The position numbers were made by a program, and so were the translations under genes. Under the pieces are notes generated by a model that was not told the DNA's origin, ran no database searches, and saw only the letters and a program-made list of their open reading frames with translations. Positions 9,181 through 18,287 of a stretch of 64,000 bases of DNA are shown piece by piece. Source of the stretch: an uncultured Candidatus Saccharibacteria bacterium (lineage in GTDB: Bacteria > Patescibacteriota > Minisyncoccia > UBA6257 > 2-01-FULL-56-20); the NCBI GenBank assembly GCA_964403045.1, contig CAYOEP010000001.1, positions 9,009 to 73,008 of the forward strand, given 5' to 3'. Each line of letters begins with the position of its first letter. Within the stretch, counting starts at the first letter, position 1.

Positions 9181-10932
9181 TTAGAGAATTCCTTTTCTTA
9201 TGATTTCATTGAGCCTAGCTTTCGCTACAGACTTCACAAGATCAATTATTGTTTTCATTATCAGCTCTGAATTTTGCCCTACCGTGTTTGCTGTCTTTTG
9301 AATTCTTTCTTGGGCAACTTCTTGAGAGAGGGCTTCGACGACGAATTTCGCAGGTGTAGTATTTTTCCATTCATCGCAAAGTTTAACTGCACATGTATTA
9401 GGAACTTCAGAAGTTTTACAGTCCAAAGTTCCCTCTATGTAATCTTCTCCATAGTCTACCTTCGGATCATCGCCCTTGCCAATATATGCTCTATGAGAAG
9501 AAACGCACACACGAGTAGGGCGAAATCCGTTTCCCGATTCGGCGTCGGATTTCTCTGCTTCTTGCTTTTGCGACGCCCTCAGACCAACTTTTTCCTTCAT
9601 TGTAACAAGAGCCCCAAAAATGTTATTCTGCGGTTTCAGCATTTCACCGTAAGCGACCCACCCCCCCGTTTCGAAGCTTCGGTAAAAGTCTTTTACGTTA
9701 CTCACTACGTCATCTAATGTACACTCTACGCCTTCTTCTGGGGGAACATTAGGAAGCGGAGTCGCAGCAATAGTGAGGAGTGGACCAAAGGAATTGCACA
9801 GGAAAGGCGCGCTTTCTGCAACAACTTCACCCGCCGCGCTCTTTGCTGCCTTTTTGAGAAATCCTTTCCAGTCAGTGACAAATTTCGGTTTTTTCCCGCC
9901 TCTAACCCACGCAAGCGTTTGCCTTGCAATGCCATTAATTATCTTTGACTTGGCACTCTCTAGTAATTCTTCGCCTATTACATCCAAAATCATTTGAGCT
10001 ATGTTGCCTGGGTCAAACACAATATCTCCGAGTCCTAAGAAGGCATGTGCTGTGGGGATAGTCATAAACCCCTTTATAAAAGCAATGAAATGACTTTCCT
10101 CATGCTTCTGCTTGAGCAAGGAAGAAGGGTTCAGGGCAGAATGTAGCTCTTGGGAAAGTTGGTGCGATAGATTCTGTAGTTCTTTTTTCTGGACGTTGAA
10201 GACAAGAAGGGACTTTAGAGGATCAGTTGAATTGACGAGCGTGGAAAGTTGCTTTATTTGGGCAATCAAAAGAACAAATTGCTTGTGGAAAGAAGAGAAT
10301 AGCTCAGGCGCATGCAGCTCTAATACTTCCTGGAGCATCTTCTCTAGCATGAGATTTGTAGCTATGGAAAGGGTTCCTGCTTCCTCCTTGTTGGCAGCAA
10401 TATCGGTAAGATTTTTGATAGCACGCGTATATTTGTTGAAAAACCCCTCAAGACGCTCAAGATAGCCAGATGTATCTGCGGACGGATCTATAATTGCCTG
10501 GGAAGCAATTTTCTCTGCCTTGCGTCGAAGCAACTGCAATTCTTGCTTTATTTCGGAAACTCGATCTGGCGTGAGAATGTCCGTAGAGTTTGTTTGAGCG
10601 AGATTCAATTGCTGCAGAATCTGCTCTTTGCTAAGCTTATTGGCGTCTTTCTCTTTGAGGAAAAGAGAAACTTTGTGTAAATCAATTGCAGTAATTTCTT
10701 TGATAACAGCGTCGGAAAACGCTTCAGTGAGGGTAAAGGGTTCGGAGGAAAGGGTTGCTGGGGGGATAGCTTCGGTGCCGATAGCATTGACAGGGACAGT
10801 CGTCTGGACGTCCTGCGGCGGCGCGGAGGAGTGCGCAGAGAATGAAGAAGAGAAAAAGAACGAGAAAGAGCCCGTCGCTGTTGCTACGACAAGGAATGTG
10901 GCGGCAAGCGTTCTGAACGATGGATGCTCCAT
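9181..10932 (-). CDS. Large secreted Cys-containing protein, first gene of the T4SS-like operon (hypothetical)
   Basis: Signal peptide (MEHPSFRTLAATFLVVATATGSFSFFF), 583 aa, several Cys pairs near the C-terminus. Confidence 0.5.
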   Translation of the reverse strand: MEHPSFRTLAATFLVVATATGSFSFFFSSSFSAHSSAPPQDVQTTVPVNAIGTEAIPPATLSSEPFTLTEAFSDAVIKEITAIDLHKVSLFLKEKDANKLSKEQILQQLNLAQTNSTDILTPDRVSEIKQELQLLRRKAEKIASQAIIDPSADTSGYLERLEGFFNKYTRAIKNLTDIAANKEEAGTLSIATNLMLEKMLQEVLELHAPELFSSFHKQFVLLIAQIKQLSTLVNSTDPLKSLLVFNVQKKELQNLSHQLSQELHSALNPSSLLKQKHEESHFIAFIKGFMTIPTAHAFLGLGDIVFDPGNIAQMILDVIGEELLESAKSKIINGIARQTLAWVRGGKKPKFVTDWKGFLKKAAKSAAGEVVAESAPFLCNSFGPLLTIAATPLPNVPPEEGVECTLDDVVSNVKDFYRSFETGGWVAYGEMLKPQNNIFGALVTMKEKVGLRASQKQEAEKSDAESGNGFRPTRVCVSSHRAYIGKGDDPKVDYGEDYIEGTLDCKTSEVPNTCAVKLCDEWKNTTPAKFVVEALSQEVAQERIQKTANTVGQNSELIMKTIIDLVKSVAKARLNEIIRKGIL

Positions 10933-11009
10933 AGAGCTTTTATTTGGTCTTATTATACCACTTTTGGGGAGCGTGACTTTTCCACAGAGGCAGGTTTACA
11001 GCTTTCTTG

Positions 11010-11837
11010 TCAAGAACATGGGCCGCTGGCGCGGGAGGCGTGGAGAAGGCCGCTCAGCTTGCAGAGCGTTGCGGGGGTGAGGAGCTGGGCGCGTGCGGAA
11101 GGCGGCAGGGAGAGCCTGGAAAGTGCTGCACGAATTGCTACCTCTGGAAATGAAGTTTTAAGGTTATTGACAAGCGTTTTTCGGGGGTGCGCGAATGCGG
11201 CGTGGAGCGTGGTGTAATAGCGTTCCCTATCGCAGGGAAGGCGGTGGCGGGTGGTGAGCTTGATAAGGGCGGAGTCTACACGCGGCGGCGGCATGAAGGA
11301 AGTGCGGGGGATTGTGGTGATGAGGCGCGGCGAAGCCCAGAACTGCACGCTGAGCGCGAGCTTGTTGGCGCGCGGCGCGGTAGCGACAATGCGGTGCGCG
11401 ACTTCCTTTTGCACGACCAGCAGGCACCCGCGCGGCGGCGGCGCGAGCTCGCCTATTTTGCGGAGAAGGATGCCAGTAAGCGAATAAGGAATGCTCCCTA
11501 CAATCACATAGGAAGCATTGGAAAGCGAGGAGGGAATCTGAGGGAGAAGATCGCGTGCGTCGCCTTCCTGCAGGACTGCGGGGATAGGACATTGGGGGAG
11601 CGCTCGCGCAAGAAATGCTGCCAGCCTTCGATCTTTCTCAATTGCAATGATGTGGCGGTAGGGAGCGGCTCGGTCGCTCGCCAGCGGCAGGGTAAGCGCT
11701 CCCTTCCCCGCACCTATTTCCACCACTGTTTCCGCAGCAAAACTGCGCGTTGCATCGAGAATGCGTTGGATGATTGCCCTGTCATTGAGGAAATGCTGTC
11801 CCCATTGCTTCCTTTTCTGTGGGGGGCTATATGGCAT
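11010..11837 (-). CDS. rsmA: 16S rRNA (adenine1518/1519-N6)-dimethyltransferase
   Basis: GQHFLNDRAII signature, SAM-binding VVEIGAGKGALT, C-terminal helical domain. The start was trimmed to MPYSPP..., because the longer ORF overlaps the divergent gene. Confidence 0.85.
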   Translation of the reverse strand: MPYSPPQKRKQWGQHFLNDRAIIQRILDATRSFAAETVVEIGAGKGALTLPLASDRAAPYRHIIAIEKDRRLAAFLARALPQCPIPAVLQEGDARDLLPQIPSSLSNASYVIVGSIPYSLTGILLRKIGELAPPPRGCLLVVQKEVAHRIVATAPRANKLALSVQFWASPRLITTIPRTSFMPPPRVDSALIKLTTRHRLPCDRERYYTTLHAAFAHPRKTLVNNLKTSFPEVAIRAALSRLSLPPSARAQLLTPATLCKLSGLLHASRASGPCS

Positions 11838-11880
11838 AAAGTTATCGATTCTCCTTGCGTGTTGCTTTCTATATTGTATA

Positions 11881-12924
11881 ATGCCAAGTATTAGTACAGC
11901 TTCTACAATTGCAAAGAACATCCAGGAAAGCAAGGCGTTGGTGGGAAAAGCGCTTTTTCTCTTGTGCATTGCGGTAGTGCAAGGAGTGCTATGGTATAGC
12001 GCTGACAGCAGGAAGGGAATTCTTGGCGGTCCCGTGGAAGTGCAGAAAATTCTTGCTGCAGATATTGCCCTACCCCGCGCGGTGCTCTCCGATGTCCCTT
12101 TTCTCCGCGAGGAGAAAGCACGGGATGCTGCATTGGCGGCGCAGGGGCAACTCCTCCCGTCCAGCGCCGAGGAAAGTGCCGCACTCCGCGCGACAGGGAA
12201 TCCTCTAGGGGTGCTCGCAGGCTCTCCCGGTGTGGTTATCTACCATGTGAAGAAGGGCGACACGCTTTCTGGGATCGCGAGTCGGTTTGGAATTTCCCTA
12301 CGGACGGTGGTGGCAGCAAATCCTGAGGTGCGCGCCCGCGCGCTCCACATCGGGCAGTCACTCTACATTTTGCCAGTTGCCGGTGTGGTCTACACAGTAC
12401 TTCCCGGCGACACGCTTGCGAGTATTGCGAAAAAGTTTGACGTTACCGTAAAAGAACTGCGGCAATACAACCACACGCTTGAAAGCGAGGGGTTGCGCCC
12501 CGGGATAAAGCTTGCAATCCCTGGTGTCGTGCCTGAAATAAAGGCGGACAGATCCTATGCAAAAGCGCGGCGCTACTTCGTGCAGCCCGCCCAAGGACTG
12601 AACTGGGGAAAGCTCCATCCTAAGAATGCGGTAGACATTGCAAATGCGTGCGGCACGGAAGTGGATGCAGCGGCTGAAGGGCTCGTGGTAGATATAGGAA
12701 GGAAGGGATGGAACAGCGGCTATGGCCACTATGTGACTATTGAGCATCCCAATGGGGCAAAGACGAAATATGGTCACTTGGGAGAAATTTCTGTTGCCAT
12801 AGGAGACTATGTTGCCCAGGGGCAAAGAATTGCCGAGATGGGCAATACAGGAAACGTGCACGGGCCCACTGGCTGCCATCTTCACTTTGAAGTTTACGGG
12901 ATGGCGAATCCCTTTGTGCGCTAG
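11881..12924 (+). CDS. LysM-domain M23 family peptidase (membrane-anchored)
   Basis: Two LysM repeats (YHVKKGDTLSGIASRFGIS...; YTVLPGDTLASIAKKFDVTVKELRQYN) and an M23 catalytic region (HYVTIEHPNGAKTKYGHL...GNTGNVHGPTGCHLHFEV). Confidence 0.85.
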   Translation: MPSISTASTIAKNIQESKALVGKALFLLCIAVVQGVLWYSADSRKGILGGPVEVQKILAADIALPRAVLSDVPFLREEKARDAALAAQGQLLPSSAEESAALRATGNPLGVLAGSPGVVIYHVKKGDTLSGIASRFGISLRTVVAANPEVRARALHIGQSLYILPVAGVVYTVLPGDTLASIAKKFDVTVKELRQYNHTLESEGLRPGIKLAIPGVVPEIKADRSYAKARRYFVQPAQGLNWGKLHPKNAVDIANACGTEVDAAAEGLVVDIGRKGWNSGYGHYVTIEHPNGAKTKYGHLGEISVAIGDYVAQGQRIAEMGNTGNVHGPTGCHLHFEVYGMANPFVR

Positions 12925-14465
12925 GACAATACTGGCTCGCCCGCGCGAAGCCGGTAGCTGAACGCTTCGGCGAGGTGAGTTTCGGTTACATGAGGAGATG
13001 CTTCCAGGTCCGCAATTGTGCGGGCCACTTTTAATATTCGGTAGTAGCTCCGCGGGGAGAGATTCGCGCGTGCCGCTTGCTCAAGAAACCGAGTCGCCGC
13101 GTCGGTGAGTGCGACGAACCGCGTTGTTTCCTTGCTGCTCATCTCTGCGTTTGTGCAGATAGGAAGGGAGGCAAACCGCGCCCGTTGCAGCTCCCGCGCC
13201 TGCTGCACCTGCACCCGCGCTTCTGCGGAAGTTATCGCCTCGTCGCTGGTGTTGCGGAGCGTTGCCAGAGGAACGCGGGCGACAAATATTTGGAGGTCAA
13301 TGCGGTCAAGCAGCGGCCCGGAAACCTTCTTTTGGTAGCGCGCCACTTCATGGGCAGAACAGGTGCATTCCTTCTGGGTGTCTCCGTAGAAGCCGCAGGG
13401 ACACGGATTCATAGCCGCAAGAAGACTGAAGCGTGCGGGGAAGCGCACGGTGCTCGCGGCACGCGATACCACCACATTCCCCTCTTCGAGTGGCTGGCGG
13501 AGCGCTTCGAGTACATTCCTGGGAAATTCGGGGAGCTCGTCGAGGAAAAGGACGCCCCGGTGTGCAAGGCTAATCTCGCCGGGACGGGGATTGGTGCCGC
13601 CGCCAATCATTGCCGCAGGTGAGGCAGTATAGTGAGGTGCACGGAAGGGGCGGGTGCGCACCACGTCGCCGCCTGCGAGCCCCGCCGCGCTGTATACCTT
13701 TGTCACTTCTATTGATTCCTGGGGAGTAAGTGGCGGAAGGATGCCAACGAGCGCCCGCGCCAGCATGCTTTTGCCCATCCCCGGGGGTCCTGCCATGAGA
13801 AGATTGTGGTTTCCCGCGGCGGCGATGAGAAGTGCACGTTTTGCGCTCTCCTGCCCTTTAATTTCCGCGAGGTCGGGAATTTTGTTTTCTTGGGAAGGGC
13901 CTCCGGTACTACGGGACTGCACTTCGCGCGGCGCAGATCTTCCCTCGAGGATATCGATAAGCTCGCGGAGGCTTGCGGCCGGGACAATCATAATGTCCTG
14001 CACGAGCACTGCCTCCCCCGCGTTCTCTTGCGGGAGAATAAGTTTGTCGAACTTGAGGGTTGCCGCAAGCTCTGCGATGCTGAGCGCTCCCCGCACGGGG
14101 CGGATACTGCCATCAAGGCCAAGTTCTCCGAGAAAGAGAATGCGCTCCTCGCGCTTCGGTTTGAGCTGACCGGAGGCAAGCAGGTAACCGATTGCGATGG
14201 CGAGGTCATAGTGCGACCCTGCCTTCTTCACGGAAGCAGGGGCGAGGTTCACGGTGATTTTTCGATTGTCTCTGTTGGGAGGCTTCGCGCCAACGTGCTT
14301 CAACGCGGAGCTGACGCGCTCCCGCGCTTCGTTCACTGCCTTGTCTGCGAGCCCCACGATGTTGAACGCATGCAGACCTACATTGAGGTCCACTTCTACT
14401 TCTACCAGTGCTGCGTCTACTCCTTCCAGCTCGGCCGCGTAGACTTTTGCAAACTTTTTCTGCAT
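12921..14465 (-). CDS. comM: YifB/ComM family Mg-chelatase-like AAA+ ATPase
   Basis: Characteristic N-terminus (AELEGVDAALVEVEVDLNVGLHAFNIVGLADKAVNEARERV), Walker A LLMAGPPGMGKSMLA and a C-terminal Mg-chelatase ChlI-like region. Confidence 0.85.
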   Translation of the reverse strand: MQKKFAKVYAAELEGVDAALVEVEVDLNVGLHAFNIVGLADKAVNEARERVSSALKHVGAKPPNRDNRKITVNLAPASVKKAGSHYDLAIAIGYLLASGQLKPKREERILFLGELGLDGSIRPVRGALSIAELAATLKFDKLILPQENAGEAVLVQDIMIVPAASLRELIDILEGRSAPREVQSRSTGGPSQENKIPDLAEIKGQESAKRALLIAAAGNHNLLMAGPPGMGKSMLARALVGILPPLTPQESIEVTKVYSAAGLAGGDVVRTRPFRAPHYTASPAAMIGGGTNPRPGEISLAHRGVLFLDELPEFPRNVLEALRQPLEEGNVVVSRAASTVRFPARFSLLAAMNPCPCGFYGDTQKECTCSAHEVARYQKKVSGPLLDRIDLQIFVARVPLATLRNTSDEAITSAEARVQVQQARELQRARFASLPICTNAEMSSKETTRFVALTDAATRFLEQAARANLSPRSYYRILKVARTIADLEASPHVTETHLAEAFSYRLRAGEPVLS

Positions 14466-14534
14466 TGGTGCAATCAGTTGCCCCCTCCCGTGCTATTATA
14501 AGCGAAAGATGCCGTTTTGCCTTAAGCTGGAAAT

Positions 14535-15464
14535 TTGATGAAGAAGAAACTCAGCGTTGCGGCCTTGTTGGTCATTGCCATTGCTGGACTGGTTAGCTTA
14601 GTGCTGCGTCTGCAGTTATTTTCAAAAAGGAGCGCGGAGACAATTCCTCCTCATCGAGCAGAAAGTTCACAGAAAAACAGCAGCAGAGGAATGCAGGTCA
14701 GCATACAGGATCTGCAGAAAAATGCCCGTGCGGCAGCTCGACGGGGGGCTGCATATGTAATGTCGTACCGAGGGCTGCTGAAAGACCCCGGCATTCTATG
14801 GGCGTTGCATGTGGTAAATGAAAAATACTGCCGCGACCCCCAGATCGATGCCGCGCTCAAGAGGCGCTTTCACAAAGAATTTGACAGCCACCCTCTCTAC
14901 TATGCGTATGAACGGCTTTTTGATGAAAGCGCGGTTCACGATTTTCATTACGGAGATTTAAAAAATTGGGAAGCGTACTTCGACGATATTATCCTCCCTG
15001 CGCTCTACTGCGATGTCCGCAGGCCGCCTGAGGATGTGGTGAAAAAAATTTTTTCAATGGAAGGGAAATTTGGCTACTGGCTTACCCATCACTTCCTTGC
15101 GTTGCTCTTTCTGAGAGATCGGGGATGTCTCAAGGAACGCGCCAATGAGATCGAGCGAGATATTGCCGCCGCGGCAGAAAAAATTCGCCTCGAGGAGAGG
15201 CGTGCATCCTTAGTGGATGATGTGTATGCGGAACGGATTGCGATGCTGCTCTACGGAGGGTTTCGGCGATTGGTGGACGCAGACTGGATAGCAAAACTTG
15301 TGGGGCGGCAACGTGCTTCAGGAAGATGGGAAGGAGGCATTCCAGGAATTGGTATTGGAGAAAATCCTCACACTACTGCTCTCGCTGTATGGGCGCTTGC
15401 TGATTACAGCAGATCGTGCCCTTTTGGCGAAAGGCAAGAGCAGAAAGAAGAGGCAGGCCGGTGA
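14535..15464 (+). CDS. Membrane-anchored hypothetical protein
   Basis: N-terminal TM (LSVAALLVIAIAGLVSLVL). No motif recognised by eye. Confidence 0.4.
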   Translation: MMKKKLSVAALLVIAIAGLVSLVLRLQLFSKRSAETIPPHRAESSQKNSSRGMQVSIQDLQKNARAAARRGAAYVMSYRGLLKDPGILWALHVVNEKYCRDPQIDAALKRRFHKEFDSHPLYYAYERLFDESAVHDFHYGDLKNWEAYFDDIILPALYCDVRRPPEDVVKKIFSMEGKFGYWLTHHFLALLFLRDRGCLKERANEIERDIAAAAEKIRLEERRASLVDDVYAERIAMLLYGGFRRLVDADWIAKLVGRQRASGRWEGGIPGIGIGENPHTTALAVWALADYSRSCPFGERQEQKEEAGR

Positions 15465-15473
15465 GGCGCCGAA

Positions 15474-15827
15474 TTATTTCGCGGAAGGTTTTTGCTCCTT
15501 CGCTTTGCAGGTACGGCAGAAGTCTGACTCTGGGGCAACATTCAGAACCTCTTCTTCAATCTCGGCGCCGCACTTCGCGCAGGTGCCGTAGGTACCGTCT
15601 TGAATTTTGCCGAGAGCGATGCGGATGTGGTTGAGGCGTTCGGTAAGGACTGCATCGATGCCAAGCCGAGTACTTTCCTCTTCTGCTTCATCCGCCTCTT
15701 CCTCGAAGCTGTCCACATCATCTCCGAAGTCCATCTTTTGTTTTCCTTCTTCGATCTCCTTTAAAATTGCGCGCTCTTCCTCCTCGAGTTTGCGCCGGTA
15801 GAAATCAATTTTTTCTTTACTCAGCAT
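15474..15827 (-). CDS. dksA: DksA/TraR-family C4 zinc-finger protein
   Basis: A coiled-coil N-terminus with an acidic tip (DD..D) and C-terminal CAKCGAEI...CRTC. Confidence 0.75.
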   Translation of the reverse strand: MLSKEKIDFYRRKLEEEERAILKEIEEGKQKMDFGDDVDSFEEEADEAEEESTRLGIDAVLTERLNHIRIALGKIQDGTYGTCAKCGAEIEEEVLNVAPESDFCRTCKAKEQKPSAK

Positions 15828-16083
15828 GTCTATAATGGTAGCAGAAAATTTTGCAGCCGCAACTTTTTTTACCGGCCGGGGAAACAGGGAAACTTGAACT
15901 GTTGCAGAAGAGATTTAAAGAAGAGAGCGGTGAGCAAGATATCTTGACATAAGTTGCAATTTATTTTCTTATTTTCCTCTCTAGTCTAGGCAAGAGAGAA
16001 GGCTTTGTCGCAAAATATATGTGTCGCAAAATGTAAGCGCCCTATTCCCTTTCTTCTGATGAAGAAGCTATTTTGAGGGTGTC

Positions 16084-16272
16084 CTGTGGAAAAAATGTTT
16101 GTCGACAAACATTTTTTCCACAGATATCCGAATGTTTGTCGACAAACATTTGTTATTTTCTTTCAGCATATGTTTGCTGACAAACACTTGCTAGGAAAGA
16201 ATAATAATGTTTGTCGACAAACATTGTGTTGTATAAAATGTGGATGTTTGTCGACAAACACTTTTTCCACAG
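16084..16272. repeat. Array of five copies of the 18-bp perfect palindrome ATGTTTGTCGACAAACAT at 37-38 bp spacing
   Basis: Copies at 16095-16112, 16132-16149, 16170-16187 (degenerate TGCTGA), 16207-16224 and 16244-16261. Copy 1 is embedded in a 40-bp perfect palindrome (16084-16123). Copy 5 shares the TTTTTCCACAG arm. Confidence 0.9.
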
Positions 16273-16277
16273 TAGTA

Positions 16278-16727
16278 GTGAGTGGTAATCAAGATAGAAA
16301 CCAGCAGATTGGCGCGATTGGGGAAGAGGTCGCGAGTGATTATCTCAGAAACCATGGATTCCAGATACTCGCGCGGAATGTGAGGAATAAGTTTGGGGAG
16401 CTTGATATCGTGGCACGGGAAAACAAAGAGCTGGTAGTTGTAGAGGTAAAAACGCTTCGCGCTACTGAGGGAGGGTTGCTGCCCGAAGACAATCTCACGC
16501 ACCGAAAGAGGATGCGCCTTGCGCGGTCTGCGCAGGCATTTGTTGCAACCCGTGGGGATCTTGTGGCAGAGCAGGGATGGAGAATTGACGTCATATCTAT
16601 TTTATTGTCTAATATTTTTCGAGAGGAACTTTTGAGGGACGGCGGGGAGATATTGACAAAAAGTGGGTATTATTGCGTTGTTAGACACTATCGGAACGCG
16701 GTAGGCGCGGGAGGGATGCTTCCCTAA
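16278..16727 (+). CDS. yraN: YraN/UPF0102-family endonuclease-like protein
   Basis: IGAIGEEVASDYLRNHGFQILARNVRNKFGELDIVARENKELVVVEVKTLRA matches the YraN pattern. The start is uncertain; GTG at 16278 was chosen because the upstream part of the ORF is the palindrome array. Confidence 0.65.
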   Translation: MSGNQDRNQQIGAIGEEVASDYLRNHGFQILARNVRNKFGELDIVARENKELVVVEVKTLRATEGGLLPEDNLTHRKRMRLARSAQAFVATRGDLVAEQGWRIDVISILLSNIFREELLRDGGEILTKSGYYCVVRHYRNAVGAGGMLP

Positions 16728-16739
16728 AAAAGCTGTGCT

Positions 16740-16769
16740 TGACAGAAGAGCGCCGCAAGCGTTATAGTT
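16740..16769 (+). promoter_or_regulatory. Sigma70-like promoter upstream of nusA (TTGACA-N18-TATAGT)
   Basis: TTGACA at 16740-16745 and TATAGT at 16764-16769. A short hairpin followed by a T-run (ccgcat-gcaag-atgcgg GCTTTTT) sits in the leader. Confidence 0.5.
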
Positions 16770-16826
16770 GACATAGCCGCATGCAAGATGCGGGCTTTTT
16801 CATAAAAAAGGAAAAAATTAAAGTAT

Positions 16827-18212
16827 ATGAATTTAAAAGAGCTTTCTCGGGCAGTGGAACAGATTGCCGAGGAGAAGGGACTGAAGCCGGAGGTGGTGTT
16901 AGAAACGGTGGAACACGCCATCGCCGCTGCCTACAAAAAAGAATACGGCCGCCGCGGTGAGATTATCCGCGCGAAGCTTGACCCGGAAACGGGCGAGGTA
17001 AAGTTTTGGCAGGTGAAGCTGGTAGTAGATCCGACCGAAGTGCGCATAGAGGACGAGGCGGAGGAAGAAAATACTCCTGCCCAGAAAGGAAAAGAACTGG
17101 CGCAAAAGGAAAGTCGCGCCAAGGAGACGCGCGCGGGAGCGGAGTCGCAGCAAGGCGAAGAAGAAAAAAAGCTCCCGCGGTTCCATCCGGAGCGGCACAT
17201 TTTCCTCGAGGAAGCAAGGAAGATAAAGCCAGATGCGCAAGTGGGAGATGAACTCATCTTTCCACTGGAGCCAAAGGAAGATTTTGGCCGCATTGCGGCA
17301 CAGGCGGCGAAGCAGGTGATCCTCCAAAAACTTCGCGAGTCCGAGCGGCAGTCTATTCTTGAAGAGTGGCGCGACAAAGAGGGGCAGATTGTGAGCGGCG
17401 TGGTGCAGCGGTTCGAGCGCGGCCATGTGTATGTGGACTTGGGAAGGACGGTAGGCGTAATGTTTGCCAATGAGTCGGTGCCGGGCGAGCACTACCGCAC
17501 CGGGGAGCGGTTGCGGTTTCTTGTACTTGCGGTGCAGGAGGAAACGCGTACACCGGGAATCGTGCTCTCGCGGTCCCACCCGGATTTTGTGGCAAAGTTG
17601 TTCGAGATGGAGGTTCCCGAACTTGCCGACGGCGTGTGTGAGATTAAGGCAATTGCCCGTGAGCCGGGGAGCAGGACGAAGATTGCTGTCGCATCGTATG
17701 AAGAGGGAGTGGATCCGGTGGGTGCCTGCGTGGGACAGCGCGGAACACGCGTGATGGCGGTCAACAATGAGCTTGGCCAGGAGAAAATTGACATTGTGGA
17801 ATGGGTGGAAGACCCCGCGCAGTTCGTGGCGAACGCGCTATCTCCCGCAAAAGTTACTTCGGTGGAGGTATTGCCTCGCAGGGAAGCAAGAGTTTACGTG
17901 CCGGAGGACCAGTTGAGCCTTGCGATCGGACGCGGAGGACAGAACGTGCGGCTCGCGGCGAAGCTCACAGGATGGAAAATTGACGTGCGCTCTCAGACAC
18001 GCCCGGAGGAAGTACAGGAAGGGGGAATTGCGGAGGCGAGAAGTGAAAGTGTGCCTGAGGAAGAAGAGCAAGCGGCGGAGCAGAATGCACAAGAGACGGG
18101 CGGAGAGGAAGAACATGGAGGTACCGAAGCGGAGGATGTTTCCACGGCATCTGCCACCGAGGAAAAAGTTCAAGAGAATGCGTTGCAGGAGGCGCCGGGC
18201 GACAAAAAATAA
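16827..18212 (+). CDS. nusA: Transcription termination/antitermination factor NusA
   Basis: NusA N-terminal domain, S1 and KH regions (RGHVYVDLG...; [11 protein letters not shown]; [11 protein letters not shown]) and an acidic C-terminal tail. Confidence 0.9.
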   Translation: MNLKELSRAVEQIAEEKGLKPEVVLETVEHAIAAAYKKEYGRRGEIIRAKLDPETGEVKFWQVKLVVDPTEVRIEDEAEEENTPAQKGKELAQKESRAKETRAGAESQQGEEEKKLPRFHPERHIFLEEARKIKPDAQVGDELIFPLEPKEDFGRIAAQAAKQVILQKLRESERQSILEEWRDKEGQIVSGVVQRFERGHVYVDLGRTVGVMFANESVPGEHYRTGERLRFLVLAVQEETRTPGIVLSRSHPDFVAKLFEMEVPELADGVCEIKAIAREPGSRTKIAVASYEEGVDPVGACVGQRGTRVMAVNNELGQEKIDIVEWVEDPAQFVANALSPAKVTSVEVLPRREARVYVPEDQLSLAIGRGGQNVRLAAKLTGWKIDVRSQTRPEEVQEGGIAEARSESVPEEEEQAAEQNAQETGGEEEHGGTEAEDVSTASATEEKVQENALQEAPGDKK

Positions 18213-18287
18213 GCTAAAGGATTACAACAACGACGAAAGGCCGTATTACAACACGAAACCTAATAGTAGATATAAATAAAGGTAACT

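Noticed and set aside
11187-11894. 235-aa ORF antisense to rsmA (and similar long antisense ORFs at 5357-6136, 13806-14501, 29211-30077, 45096-45836)
   Set aside because: They lie entirely within well-supported genes on the opposite strand and have Arg/Ser/Pro-rich low-complexity translations typical of GC-rich antisense frames.
16084-16272. Possible mini-CRISPR array
   Set aside because: Repeats are 18 bp and spacers only 19-20 bp, far below CRISPR dimensions. The repeat is a perfect palindrome, and no cas genes are nearby.
16086-16727. 213-aa ORF whose N-terminal 60 aa (MFVDKH..NVCRQT..MFADKH) read through the palindrome array as if it were a repetitive coding sequence
   Set aside because: The palindromes are read in three different frames, and there is no RBS or start context. 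The open frame is an artefact of the stop-free repeats. The real YraN-like CDS begins downstream, around 16278.
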